64,000 nucleotides of DNA from Desulfobacterales bacterium (GCA_963668645.2 CAXXWC010000006.1:128001-192000), one strand, 5' to 3'. Counted from the first letter of the stretch, positions 1-9,635 are shown. Made by a program: numbers and translations. The notes: a model not told the origin generated them from the letters alone.

Positions 1-454
1 GACCTACGACTACCCTTTCCATGTGCGCTTTATCGAATACATGCCGCTGGGCGCCGCCTGTCCCGGGACCGGTCCGCGGCTGACCGCCGATAAGATCCTC
101 GCGCGCCTCGGTGCCGTGGCGCCGCTCACAGCGGTGGGCCGGGGGCACCTGGACGGCCCGGCCGATCGCTACCGCCTGCAAGGGGCCCTGGGGGAAATCG
201 GGATCATCGCGGCCATGAGCCACCGCTTTTGCCACCGCTGCAACCGGCTGCGGCTCACCGCCAGCGGCCGGCTGCGCACCTGCCTGCTCGACAACCAGTC
301 CATCGACATCAAGTCCGTGCTGCGCGGCGGCGGCGCCGACGCCGAAATCGAAGAGCGCTTTTTCGAAGCCGCCCGGCGCAAGCAGGAGCGCCACCACCTC
401 GACGAGTCGGGCACCGGCCGCATCGCGGCGCGCATGTCGGCCATCGGCGGATAG
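1..454 (+). CDS. moaA: GTP 3',8-cyclase MoaA, 3' part (gene starts before the window)
   Basis: VRFIEYMP motif, C-terminal FCxxCNRLRLT..G.L..CL cluster motif, terminal MSAIGG. Confidence 0.95.
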   Translation, partial: TYDYPFHVRFIEYMPLGAACPGTGPRLTADKILARLGAVAPLTAVGRGHLDGPADRYRLQGALGEIGIIAAMSHRFCHRCNRLRLTASGRLRTCLLDNQSIDIKSVLRGGGADAEIEERFFEAARRKQERHHLDESGTGRIAARMSAIGG

Positions 455-490
455 CCGGCCAGTAAAAGACGGGGCTCTGAACAGGAGAAT

Positions 491-1099
491 TTGAAGATCA
501 AGGAAACGATCATGTGGCAGGCAATCGTCAATCGGCAGGAAGGCTTTCTCAATTTCACCCCCCAAAATCACCGGGCGTTCAAGCAAACCCGGGTGGCCGT
601 GTTCGGCGCCGGCGGCAATGGGGTGGTGATGGAAAACCTGCTGCGCATGGGATTTGAACGCTTTGAAATCCTCGACCCCGACGTCGTGGATGACACCAAC
701 CTCAATCGACTGCCTTTTACCTGCCATCACATCGGACGACCCAAAGTCGAAGCCTGGCGCGATTTTCTGCTGGACGTGAACCCCGGCTGCACCGTCCGGA
801 TCCACCGGCACAAGGTCACCTGCCGTGACGCAGGGCTCGTCGAAGATATTGTCGACCGGGCCGATCTGATCTTTCTGCAGACCACCAGCGCAGAGGCCAA
901 TCTGGTCATCGCCCGCGCCTGCGCCGCCAAAGGCCGCCGCATGATCGTGGGAAAAGGCACCCGCATCGTCAAAATGCCCGTCATCCAGGTCTTTGATCCG
1001 TTCAAAGGCGCCGCCTACTACTACAACCTGCTCGAACGGCGCATCGGCATCCCGGACTGGCTCACCGGAGAGATCACCTGGCAGGCCTACAGAGAGTAA
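491..1099 (+). CDS. ThiF/MoeB (E1-like) adenylyltransferase family protein, unusually short
   Basis: VAVFGAGGNG nucleotide-binding loop, DPDVVDDTNLNR, GRPKV; RBS AGGAG before TTG 491 (alternative ATG 512). Confidence 0.75.
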   Translation: MKIKETIMWQAIVNRQEGFLNFTPQNHRAFKQTRVAVFGAGGNGVVMENLLRMGFERFEILDPDVVDDTNLNRLPFTCHHIGRPKVEAWRDFLLDVNPGCTVRIHRHKVTCRDAGLVEDIVDRADLIFLQTTSAEANLVIARACAAKGRRMIVGKGTRIVKMPVIQVFDPFKGAAYYYNLLERRIGIPDWLTGEITWQAYRE

Positions 1100-1237
1100 G
1101 CCGAATGCCGCCGCGATGTACGCGAACAACCTGCCATGGCCGGCAAATGACAGCACCCGGCAGTGCACTGCAAAAAACGGCATTGCGGTTATAATGGCGG
1201 TTTGAGGCCTCATCACGATGCAGGATGACTGCCCCCC

Positions 1238-1310
1238 TGTGGGAGCGGTTTTTCACCGCAATCCGAAATGACGCGTGCGCCCCTGATCGCGGATCCAATC
1301 CGCTCCCACA
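1238..1310. repeat. REP doublet (REPIN-like inverted pair)
   Basis: TGTGGGAGCGG-TTTTTCA-CCGCAATC ... GATCGCGG-ATCCAAT-CCGCTCCCACA; two inverted units, each GTGG plus a GCGG-N7-CCGC hairpin. Confidence 0.8.
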
Positions 1311-1439
1311 TCTCGTAGGAAGAGGATAACCTCCTCTACTACAAAGAATTCGGGCACACCTTGCCCACAACCCAACGTCCGTCGGACTGATTTGGACTTT
1401 GACGAGGCCCTGCCACCGGTTGCCCTTGACCCACCCGCG

Positions 1440-1556
1440 AGTATCAAATACATGCCTGTTGGCAGCGTTGGCCCCGCTCCCGGGCGCCCGCTGAACGCCG
1501 ACAAAATCCTCGATCGCCTCTGCGCCATCGACCTGCTGAGACCGGTGGCCAAAGGA
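1440..1556 (+). pseudogene. Degenerate internal fragment of moaA
   Basis: Translates SIKYMPVGSVGPAPGRPLNADKILDRLCAIDLLRPVAKG, collinear with FIEYMPLGAACPGTGPRLTADKILARLGAVAPLTAVGRG at 29-145. Confidence 0.75.
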
Positions 1557-1572
1557 ACAGTGAGGTGTTCTG

Positions 1573-2199
1573 ATGTCCTTGTCGAAAAAGCTCTGGAACG
1601 AAAATCAGGATCTGGCCGCAGCCTCTTTGGAAAATTCATTTGTGCAAGGGATTTTCACCGGCTCTTTGGCCAAAGAAAAATTTTCCTATTACGTCAGCCA
1701 GGATTCCTTTTTTCTAAAGGCGTTCGCCCGGGCCTACATCATTGCCGGGGCAAAGGCGCCTGATTGGCAGGATTTTATCAAGCTTCACAAACTGGCAGAA
1801 GGGGTGTTGGAGGAGCTGAAACTGCACGGCAAGTATGCCCGTGAATGGGGAGTGAATGTGGAAAGTGTCGAACCTGCCGCCCCAACCCGCCGTTACACCG
1901 ATTTTGTCATGGCCACCGCCTGGGGCCATGGGACCGGACTGACGGTGACCGCCTTGACCCCCTGCATGAGACTATACGCCTGGATCGGGCAGGAATTGGC
2001 AGCCAGAAAACCGGCTCAGCATGCTTACAGCGAGTGGATAGACATTTACAGCAGCCGTGAAATAGAAGCATTGGCCCGCGATTTGGAAGCCTTGGTGGAC
2101 AAGTATGCGAATCCTGCCGATCCCCTGGTCGCCGCCACTTACCGTTATGCCATGGAATGTGAAAGGGATTTTTTCCAAGCGGCGTTTGACATCGCTTAA
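1573..2199 (+). CDS. tenA: TenA/THI-4 family thiaminase II / aminopyrimidine aminohydrolase
   Basis: YVSQDSFFL, RYTDF, LTPCMRLY (catalytic Cys), YSEWIDIY, ERDFF; RBS GAGGTG. Confidence 0.85.
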   Translation: MSLSKKLWNENQDLAAASLENSFVQGIFTGSLAKEKFSYYVSQDSFFLKAFARAYIIAGAKAPDWQDFIKLHKLAEGVLEELKLHGKYAREWGVNVESVEPAAPTRRYTDFVMATAWGHGTGLTVTALTPCMRLYAWIGQELAARKPAQHAYSEWIDIYSSREIEALARDLEALVDKYANPADPLVAATYRYAMECERDFFQAAFDIA

Positions 2200-2483
2200 G
2201 GCCGCAGTGGCTGCCAAACCCGCTGGTCACATCGAAGCCTTCTTCTAGCTGGCTTCGATCTTCGCAATCAGTCCCGGCTTTAAGCGTGTTGTCTCGACGG
2301 CGCCAGCCGAGCTGGATACAATCTTAAGCGTCTTGCCCTTCCATTCGGGATGCTGGCCGTAAAGCTTCTTCAAATCCGCGAGATATGATTCCACGGGTGA
2401 TCGGTTCTTGTAAAAGCAATAAGCTTTGGCCTTGGCTTACGACTTTCCGCCTTGACTGGCCTGGAGCAGGCACGGGAAAATGG

Positions 2484-2930
2484 TCATGGCGAAATCATCT
2501 GTATTGCTGCTTGATCGCCTTCGCATCCGCGTTCGTGCTCAACCATATACCCGGCCAGCAGTCGGCGCATATGAAATAGTCGACTGTCTTTGAGACTTTG
2601 GTCGAAGGTGAGTGTTGGCGCGGCACCCTGGCGGGTGTTGGCGCGGCCGATCAGGTAGTCCGAAAAGTCGGCCTTCCCGCTCTGGTAATCGCCGAACGCC
2701 TGCCAGACCGTATCCTTGTCGGCGATTTCGAATTGAACGGTCCGCAGGATCATATTCAGCGCTTTAACGATTTCTTCCTTGGTATAGCCATAGACACTGT
2801 CCAGCACCCAAACCGTTTCGCAAAGCACCACCGGTTGAATCAGAAAACGTTCATTGCGATCCACGCCGGTTTCGATGGCATGCACCGCAACGGATACCTG
2901 GCCAGGATCGTCTTGGACGAGGTAGGGGTT
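2484..2930 (-). pseudogene. VapC/PIN-domain toxin lacking its N-terminus
   Basis: YLVQDDPGQ...VVLCETVWVL...KADFSDYLIG...TLTFD is typical VapC; the N-terminal DTN motif is missing, the C-terminus runs on, and no antitoxin is adjacent. Confidence 0.7.
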
Positions 2931-3121
2931 AGAAAAGCAGCTTTTCAAGCTCGGCCTGTTTGCCCAGCGCAGCGCTTCTAATCGCGCAATGTGCTGCGCT
3001 TTCAACACCACTTGTCGCCGCCCAATACGCTGCCCGGCCGTTTCAGCCTGCTCTTGCGGTGACTGTTCGGTGATGATAGGAATTTGAATCCATCCAAATC
3101 CATACGATTCGAGGAGGTTCC

Positions 3122-3310
3122 ATGGCCGGTTCCAATTGCGCGCGCTGCCCGATGAGAGCCAAGTACGACCGCAACCCTAAATCGATCCTTGGCAGATTGT
3201 GGCGCTGGCATACGGGCTGGTGCCCAGGATGGAAGCGCTACACCCGTTCGCTGTCCGCCGAGGAGCGCCGCCGCCTGGCTGAAAGATACGACATGCCTCA
3301 CCAAGATTGA
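3122..3310 (+). CDS. Small Cys/Trp-rich hypothetical protein (62 aa)
   Basis: Strong RBS GAGGAGG at 3111-3117; CxxC plus LWRWHTGWCPGW motif. Confidence 0.7.
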   Translation: MAGSNCARCPMRAKYDRNPKSILGRLWRWHTGWCPGWKRYTRSLSAEERRRLAERYDMPHQD

Positions 3311-3332
3311 TCTCCAGAAAGGAATTGCTCCT

Positions 3333-3905
3333 GTGGTGGAAACCATCTTCGGCAAACCGCATCTGTGCCCCCACCGGATGGCGTTTACCCTGGACAACTG
3401 GCTGCGGCGGCTGATTCAGGATCCCCGGTCCATTATGGGCCCTTACCTCAAACCCGGCCATACCGCCGTGGACCTGGGGTGCGGCCCTGGATTTTTCACC
3501 GTGGATATGGCCCGCATGGTGGAACCGCAGGGCACCGTGATCGCGGTGGACATGCAGCCGAAAATGCTCGAGTACGTGGCGCGCAAGGCCCGGCGCAAAG
3601 GGGTGGCCCACCGGGTTCGGCTGCATTGCAGCAGCGAAGATCGCATCGGCCTGGATGCGGCGGCCGATTTCGTGCTGGCTTTTTACGTGGTTCACGAAAC
3701 CGCGGACCCGCCCGCGTTTCTGTCCGAAATCCTCAGCTTCATGAACCCCGGCGGCCGCCTCCTGCTGGTCGAGCCGCGCTTTCACGTGACCCGTGAGGCT
3801 TTCAAGCGGCTGGAGGCCCTGGTGCAGGCGGTGGGATTTTCTGTTGAAGACTGTCCCCGGGGCAAGGGCGGACGCAGCCTGCTGCTCACCCCGCGGCCGG
3901 ATTGA
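3333..3905 (+). CDS. Class I SAM-dependent methyltransferase
   Basis: VDLGCGPG motif I, AVDMQ, HE, PGGRLLLVEP; GTG start after AAGGA assumed. Confidence 0.85.
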   Translation: MVETIFGKPHLCPHRMAFTLDNWLRRLIQDPRSIMGPYLKPGHTAVDLGCGPGFFTVDMARMVEPQGTVIAVDMQPKMLEYVARKARRKGVAHRVRLHCSSEDRIGLDAAADFVLAFYVVHETADPPAFLSEILSFMNPGGRLLLVEPRFHVTREAFKRLEALVQAVGFSVEDCPRGKGGRSLLLTPRPD

Positions 3906-4036
3906 ATCACCTGTTCAACAGCTTCGCGGTATTTTCTTAAAGCCTTAAACGATCCTGGGCTGGATGGCGCACCAGGCCGACCTGCTGGACGGCCGGCAAA
4001 GGCTATTTCGACGGGCAAAGGAGGCAAGCGCGGTCA

Positions 4037-5413
4037 ATGGCCGAAGGCGGGCTGAAACGGGTTCTGGGACTGGCCGAGACCACAGTCATCGCCGTGGGTT
4101 TCACCATCGGCGGCGGGATCTTCGTGTTTACCGGCATCGTGTACAAAATCGTCGGTCCGGCCCTGCCCTTGGCCTATGGCCTGGCTCTCCTGCCGATCCT
4201 GGCGGCGGTTCTGCCGGTGGCCATGCTGGGAGCGGCGATCCCCACCACCGGCGGCAACTACCGCTACCCCAGCCGTATGGTCTCGCCGGCCCTGGCCTTC
4301 GTGGGAATCTGGGTCTACGCTTTGGCTTGCTTTTTCGGCCAGATCCCACTTTACGCCCTGGGCTGCGCGCGCTACCTCGAGGCGTTGATACCCGGACTGG
4401 CACCGGTTCCCGCGGCCGCCGGCATCGTGACCTTCTTTTACCTGATCAATCTTTTCGGCGTGCGCTTCGCCGCCAGGGTCCAGGCGATACTGGTAGCCGT
4501 CTTGATCGCGGCCCTGCTCTACTATACGGTGGTCGGCATCTTCGTTTTTCACCCCCGCCACCTTTCAGGCTTTTTGGGCCACGGCCCCGGCCCATTGTTG
4601 CTGGGATCCGGATTGCTGACTTTCACCTACCTGGGAGCCAACGGAATCGTGGAGCTGGGCGGCGAGATCGTCGATCCGGGCCGGATCATTCCCCGGGCCA
4701 TATTCATCGCCCTGGTAGTTGTGGCCCTGCTTTATATCACCGTAGCCCTGGTCACCGTGGGCGCCCTGCCCGATGCGGAACTGGCTGCGGCCGCCGAACC
4801 GCTGGTGCGGGTGATGGAAAATACCGCCGGCCGCTGGGGTTTTGTCTTTTTCATCGGCGGCGGGGCCATCCTGGCCCTGACGACCACCCTCAACGCCCTG
4901 TTCATCATCGGCACCAAGTCGCTGCTGGTGGTGACCGGAGACCGGCTCCTACCCCCGTCCCTGGGCCGCCTTCACCCGCGATTCGGCACCCCCGTGGCGC
5001 TCTTGACTGCGATTTGGGCCTTTTCGCTGCTTGGAATCGTTTCCGGCATCTCCCTTCAGACCCTGGCGGCCTATTCTTCCCTGGGCGGGATGATCATTTT
5101 TTTGCCCATGCAGATCGCGGCCCTGCGCTTTGCCCGGTGTTTTCCGCGGCAGTATGCGGCTGCCGGGTTCCGGTTGCGGGGAATCTGGCTCTGGCTCTGC
5201 CCGCTGGCCGGCATCGGCCTGATCCTCTTTTTTGTCGTTGTGATTCTGGTCGACCTGGCCACACCGCTCAAGCTGGGTTGTTTCGGACTCTTTTTGCTGT
5301 CCGGAATCGCCTACTACACCCTGCGCCGCTGGCATCTTGAAAACCAGGGCTTTTCCCTGGCGGCCCACATCGCGCGCGATCCCGACCTCAACGAGATGAA
5401 AGCGTTGCCATGA
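4037..5413 (+). CDS. APC-family amino acid permease
   Basis: About 12 TM segments, TIGGGIF, PTTGGNY, EIVDPGRIIPRAI, LHPRFGTP. Confidence 0.9.
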   Translation: MAEGGLKRVLGLAETTVIAVGFTIGGGIFVFTGIVYKIVGPALPLAYGLALLPILAAVLPVAMLGAAIPTTGGNYRYPSRMVSPALAFVGIWVYALACFFGQIPLYALGCARYLEALIPGLAPVPAAAGIVTFFYLINLFGVRFAARVQAILVAVLIAALLYYTVVGIFVFHPRHLSGFLGHGPGPLLLGSGLLTFTYLGANGIVELGGEIVDPGRIIPRAIFIALVVVALLYITVALVTVGALPDAELAAAAEPLVRVMENTAGRWGFVFFIGGGAILALTTTLNALFIIGTKSLLVVTGDRLLPPSLGRLHPRFGTPVALLTAIWAFSLLGIVSGISLQTLAAYSSLGGMIIFLPMQIAALRFARCFPRQYAAAGFRLRGIWLWLCPLAGIGLILFFVVVILVDLATPLKLGCFGLFLLSGIAYYTLRRWHLENQGFSLAAHIARDPDLNEMKALP

Positions 5414-6513
5414 GCCGACCGCTGCTCTTTCACCGCTTTCCCGCGCTAGCCGGCCGCATCCCGTGGATCGGCCTGGGCGATCTGCCCACGCCGGTGGAAG
5501 CCGTGCCCGGACCGGGACGCGGCCGCCTGTGGGTCAAGCGCGACGATCGCAGTTCGCGGCGCTACGGGGGCAACAAGGTGCGCAAGCTCGAATTCGTCCT
5601 GGCCGATGCCCGCCGCCGGGGCCAGCGCACCGTCGTCACCCTGGGTGGAACCGGCACCCACCACGGGCTGGCCACGACCATCTTCGGCGGCGCTCTCGGC
5701 ATGCAATGCCGGATTTTGACCTTCCGCCAGCCCCTGACGGTCCAGGTGCGCGACAACCTGCGCCTGCTGGCCCGCTACGGGGCCGACGTGGCCGACTGCC
5801 GAAGCATGGGCCGCGCCCTGCTCCACTATTATCTCATCGAGCGCTTGCGCCGCCCCGGGGCCTATTTTCTTTTCGCCGGCGGCTCCACCCCCCTGGGCAC
5901 CCTCGGCTTCGTGGATGCGGCCTTCGAACTCAAGGCCCAGATCGCGGCGGGCCAGGTACCGGTGCCGGCGGTGGTTTTCTGCCCGGCCGGATCCAGCGGC
6001 ACTTTGGCCGGATTGACCCTCGGCTTGCGCCTGGCAGGGATCGAATCCCGGGTGATGGGGGTGCGGGTGACCGCCTCGCGCTGCGGCCCGTTTCCGGCCT
6101 GCACCCCAGGCGCGGCCCGGCGCCTGATGATCGCCGCCTGGCGCCTGCTGCGCCGCCATTGCGCGGATATCCCGCCGGTGGATTTTGCGGCCCCCGGGAT
6201 GACCGGGGCGTATTTCGGCGCCGGGTACGGGGTGCCCACTGCGGCCGGAGGCAGGGCCGCGCAGGCAGCGGCCGCTGCCGGACTCGACCTTGAGCCGACC
6301 TACACGCAAAAGACCTTCGCCGCGGTCCTCGATTACCTGGAAAACAGCCGGCCCGGGCCGGTGCTCTACTGGCACACCTACAACGGGGTGGATCTGGCGG
6401 CCGAGGCGGCCCTGGGCGATCCGGCCCTGGGCGATCCGGCCCTGCTCCCACCGGCCCTGCGGTCCATGGCGGCGGGTTCCGGGAGAGGGGCAACGGCGTT
6501 GCACGAAAGCTGA
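5410..6513 (+). CDS. PLP-dependent D-cysteine desulfhydrase/ACC-deaminase family enzyme
   Basis: PTPV, LWVKRDD, GGNKVRKLEF (PLP Lys), GSSGTLAG, LEPTYT; ATGA overlap with the permease. Confidence 0.85.
   Translation: MSRPLLFHRFPALAGRIPWIGLGDLPTPVEAVPGPGRGRLWVKRDDRSSRRYGGNKVRKLEFVLADARRRGQRTVVTLGGTGTHHGLATTIFGGALGMQCRILTFRQPLTVQVRDNLRLLARYGADVADCRSMGRALLHYYLIERLRRPGAYFLFAGGSTPLGTLGFVDAAFELKAQIAAGQVPVPAVVFCPAGSSGTLAGLTLGLRLAGIESRVMGVRVTASRCGPFPACTPGAARRLMIAAWRLLRRHCADIPPVDFAAPGMTGAYFGAGYGVPTAAGGRAAQAAAAAGLDLEPTYTQKTFAAVLDYLENSRPGPVLYWHTYNGVDLAAEAALGDPALGDPALLPPALRSMAAGSGRGATALHES
6407..6444 (+). repeat. 15-bp in-frame tandem repeat (about 2.5 copies)
   Basis: CGGCCCTGGGCGATC x2 + CGGCCCTG, encoding ALGDP-ALGDP-AL. 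Confidence 0.85.
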
Positions 6514-6567
6514 ACCGGAAAACAATGTTTGGCGCAGCCTGCCACTGACAAGCGCAAGGGGGAAGGG

Positions 6568-7965
6568 ATGAGCATGTTCGATGCACTACCGAAATCCGCC
6601 GACGTGGTGGTGGTCGGTTCCGGCCCCGGCGGCGCCGGCGTGGCCCGGACCCTGAGCCTCGCCGGCCGGCAGGTCCTGGTTCTCGAACAGGGCCGTGAAC
6701 AGCGCGGCAAGTGGTACTACGGCACCTATCTGGGGGCTCTTTGCTATTCGGAGAAGATGGCCCTGCTGTTTACCGAAGAGGGACTCAACATCATCGCCCC
6801 GCACATGGTGGGCGGGGCCACCGGCATGTACACCGGCTCGGCGGCCATGCCGCCCGAGTGGCTGGAACGGCGCTATGGGATCGACTTGAAGGCCGATGCC
6901 GAACGCATTGCCGCTGAACTGGGAGTCGCCCCGCTGCCGGCGGATCTGGCCGGCGCCGCCTCGGGACGCATCGCGGCGGCCGGTGCGGCCCTGGGCCAGC
7001 CATGGTTTGCCCAGCCGAAGTTCATGGCCCCGGGTCGCAGCGTAGATCGCGGCACCCGTTTCGACTGCGGGGCCAACTGCATGCTCGGATGCCGCTGCGG
7101 GGCCAAGTGGCACGCGGCCGAATGGATCGACGACGCCGTCTGCCACGGAGCGCGCCTTGCGACCGGGGCCCGGGTGGCCCGGGTCCTCTTTAACGGCCGG
7201 CAGGTCGCCGGCGTGCGCGGCTGGCGAGGCGGGCTGCCCTTTACCGTCTGGGCCGATACCGTAGTGCTGGCCTCCGGGGGGCTCGGTTCGGCGCGCATCC
7301 TGCAGCACAGCGCAATGGACGCCGCCGGAGTGGGCATGGCCATGGACACCACCACCATGGTCTACGGGTTCGGTCCCCATCCGGGAAACGGCCCCGAACC
7401 GCCCATGACCTACTCCTTCGAAAATCCCCGGGACGGGTACATGCTCAGCACCCTGGCCGACCCCTGGCTCCTCTATCCGCTGGCCGCCCTGCGCGTGGGC
7501 CCGGGCCCGCTGCTCGACTGGCGCCGCTGGCACCGGGGGCTGGGGATCATGATCAAGCTCAAGGACGAGATCAGCGGCGGGATTTACCCGGACGGGCGCA
7601 TCCGAAAACCGATGACCGCCGCTGACCGCCAACGGCTCGATCTTGCGACCGGGGTTTGCCGGCGCATCCTGATCGAGGCCGGCGCCGAGGCGGCCAGCAT
7701 CTTCGTGCGCCCCCTGATCGGCACCCACCCGAGCGCCACGGTGCGCATCGGCGAAATGCTCGACAACAACCTGATGACCGAAATCGACGGGCTCTACGTC
7801 TGCGATGCCAGCGTCTTTCCCGAATCGCTGGACCGGCCCACCGTGCTCACGATCCTGGCCCTGGCCGAGCGGCTGGCGCGCCACTTGGCAGGTCAAAAAA
7901 AGCGCGCAAAGGCGAATCCACCATCAACCCGCGTTGCTGGCAGCGCCCATCGGAGGCATCCATGA
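6568..7965 (+). CDS. GMC-family FAD-dependent oxidoreductase
   Basis: VVVGSGPGG FAD motif, CGANCMLGCRCGAK, C-terminal HPSAT...GLYVCDASVFP...PTVLTI. Confidence 0.8.
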   Translation: MSMFDALPKSADVVVVGSGPGGAGVARTLSLAGRQVLVLEQGREQRGKWYYGTYLGALCYSEKMALLFTEEGLNIIAPHMVGGATGMYTGSAAMPPEWLERRYGIDLKADAERIAAELGVAPLPADLAGAASGRIAAAGAALGQPWFAQPKFMAPGRSVDRGTRFDCGANCMLGCRCGAKWHAAEWIDDAVCHGARLATGARVARVLFNGRQVAGVRGWRGGLPFTVWADTVVLASGGLGSARILQHSAMDAAGVGMAMDTTTMVYGFGPHPGNGPEPPMTYSFENPRDGYMLSTLADPWLLYPLAALRVGPGPLLDWRRWHRGLGIMIKLKDEISGGIYPDGRIRKPMTAADRQRLDLATGVCRRILIEAGAEAASIFVRPLIGTHPSATVRIGEMLDNNLMTEIDGLYVCDASVFPESLDRPTVLTILALAERLARHLAGQKKRAKANPPSTRVAGSAHRRHP

Positions 7966-8945
7966 CGACCCTGGTAACCGGCGCTACCGGTTTTATCGGC
8001 GCAGCCCTGGTGCGCGAACTGCTGGCCCGCGGCGAGCGGGTGCGCTGTTTGTTGCGGCCTCAAAGCATCGCCGCCAACCTGCAAGGATTGGAAGTGGAGC
8101 GGGCAACCGGCGACATCGGCGATCCGGATTCGCTGTGCCGGGCCTTGAAGGGGGTCGAACGCGTCTACCACCTGGCGGCTTTCTACGCCATCTGGCGGCC
8201 CCGCGCGGCGGAATTTTACCGGATCAACGAGGAAGGAACGCGCAACGTCCTGGCCGCCTGCCGCCAGGCCGGGGTTGCGCGCATCGTCTACTGCAGCTCG
8301 GTGGCGGCCCTGGGGGCCCACGGTCCTGACCCGGCAAACGAAACGGCCCGCTTCAACCTGGCCTGGACAGGGGATCACTACTACATTTCCAAGTACCGCT
8401 CCGAGCAGGTGGCCTTGCAGTTCGCCCGCCGGGGGCTGCCGGTGGTGATCGTCAACCCCAGCGTGCCGGTGGGCCCCCGGGACCTGGCACCGACGCCCTC
8501 GGGCCGGATCATCGTGGATATCGTCCGCGGCCGGCTTCCCGCCTACCTGGACGGCGGCTTGAATCTGGTGGACGTCGGCGACTGCGCCCGGGCCATGGCG
8601 GCGGCCATGGAAAAGGGGCGCTGCGGGGAAAAGTATATCCTGGGCAACCGCAATCTGCGGCTCAAGGAATACTTCGACCTGATCGTGCGCACGGCGGGCC
8701 GCGGCAAGTCTCCGGCCCTGCGGCTGCCGCGCTGGGCCGCCGTGGTTTCGGGCTGGGGATACCAGGCCCTGGCCCGCCTGACCGGCCGCACCCCGGTCAC
8801 CACAGCAGCCTGGGCCCGCATCGGCAGCGGCTATTCCTGGTGGGACTGCACCAAGGCCCAGCGCGAACTCGGCCTGGCTCAACGGCCCATCGAGGAGAGC
8901 CTTGCCGAAGCCCTGGATTGGTTCCAGGACTGCGGGTATCTGTAA
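7962..8945 (+). CDS. NAD-dependent epimerase/dehydratase (HpnA/dihydroflavonol-reductase-like SDR)
   Basis: LVTGATGFIG, YHLAA, YYISK (YxxxK), VNPS, PTPSG; RBS GGAGG; ATGA overlap. Confidence 0.85.
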   Translation: MTTLVTGATGFIGAALVRELLARGERVRCLLRPQSIAANLQGLEVERATGDIGDPDSLCRALKGVERVYHLAAFYAIWRPRAAEFYRINEEGTRNVLAACRQAGVARIVYCSSVAALGAHGPDPANETARFNLAWTGDHYYISKYRSEQVALQFARRGLPVVIVNPSVPVGPRDLAPTPSGRIIVDIVRGRLPAYLDGGLNLVDVGDCARAMAAAMEKGRCGEKYILGNRNLRLKEYFDLIVRTAGRGKSPALRLPRWAAVVSGWGYQALARLTGRTPVTTAAWARIGSGYSWWDCTKAQRELGLAQRPIEESLAEALDWFQDCGYL

Positions 8946-8981
8946 AGGGGTGTGCCCAGGTCGAGGGGTTCGGCAAGCCCC

Positions 8982-9320
8982 TCACCCCAGCTTGGCGCCG
9001 TTGCCCACCGCCTTGTCCGGCACCGCCAGCACCACCGCGCCGTCTTCCCGGTAAAATCCGCAGAGCAGAAACTCCGACATGAAAGGGCCGATCTGCTTGG
9101 GCGGAAAGTTCACCACCGCCACGATCTGGCGCCCTTGCAGATCTTCCTTCGAATAAAGATCGGTCACCTGCGCGCTGGAGCGTTTGACGCCGATCTTCTC
9201 GCCGAAATCGGCCCTGATCTTATACGCGGGCTTTCTGGCCTCGGGGAAATCCTCGACCTCGATGATGGTCCCGACCCGCAGTTCGACCTGTTCAAATTCA
9301 TCCCATGTAATCGTCTTCAT
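8982..9320 (-). CDS. csaA: CsaA/Trbp111 tRNA-binding OB-fold protein
   Basis: [33 protein letters not shown]. Confidence 0.9.
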   Translation of the reverse strand: MKTITWDEFEQVELRVGTIIEVEDFPEARKPAYKIRADFGEKIGVKRSSAQVTDLYSKEDLQGRQIVAVVNFPPKQIGPFMSEFLLCGFYREDGAVVLAVPDKAVGNGAKLG

Positions 9321-9635
9321 CGATACGCTTTCCGTCTTATCCTGGCTCGCCGAGGGATTCTGTTCCTGTATTTCGGACCAGCGGAAGGCAAGCATTCATG
9401 CCGCTTCCGGAAACTCCCGGTCAAAACAAATTACGACGCCGATTTTTACGTCTCCAATCTCGATTGTGTCAAGATAGTGCGACCTAAATTTCATGGTCGT
9501 GCGTCAAGCCATCCGCTCTGCCCTCCTTCCACCGCCACCAGCCCTATGATAGGATACGTTTTTCCGGCAACGCCGTTCCGGCGTTCGCTGTCCAGCACCC
9601 ACAACCGACCACCGATTAATTAAAAGGAGCCTGCC

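Noticed and set aside
1100..1572. TPP riboswitch upstream of tenA
   Set aside because: A GCTGAGA occurs at about 1535 but lies inside the moaA relic; the downstream CCTGA...TAAT...GCGNAGG elements are absent
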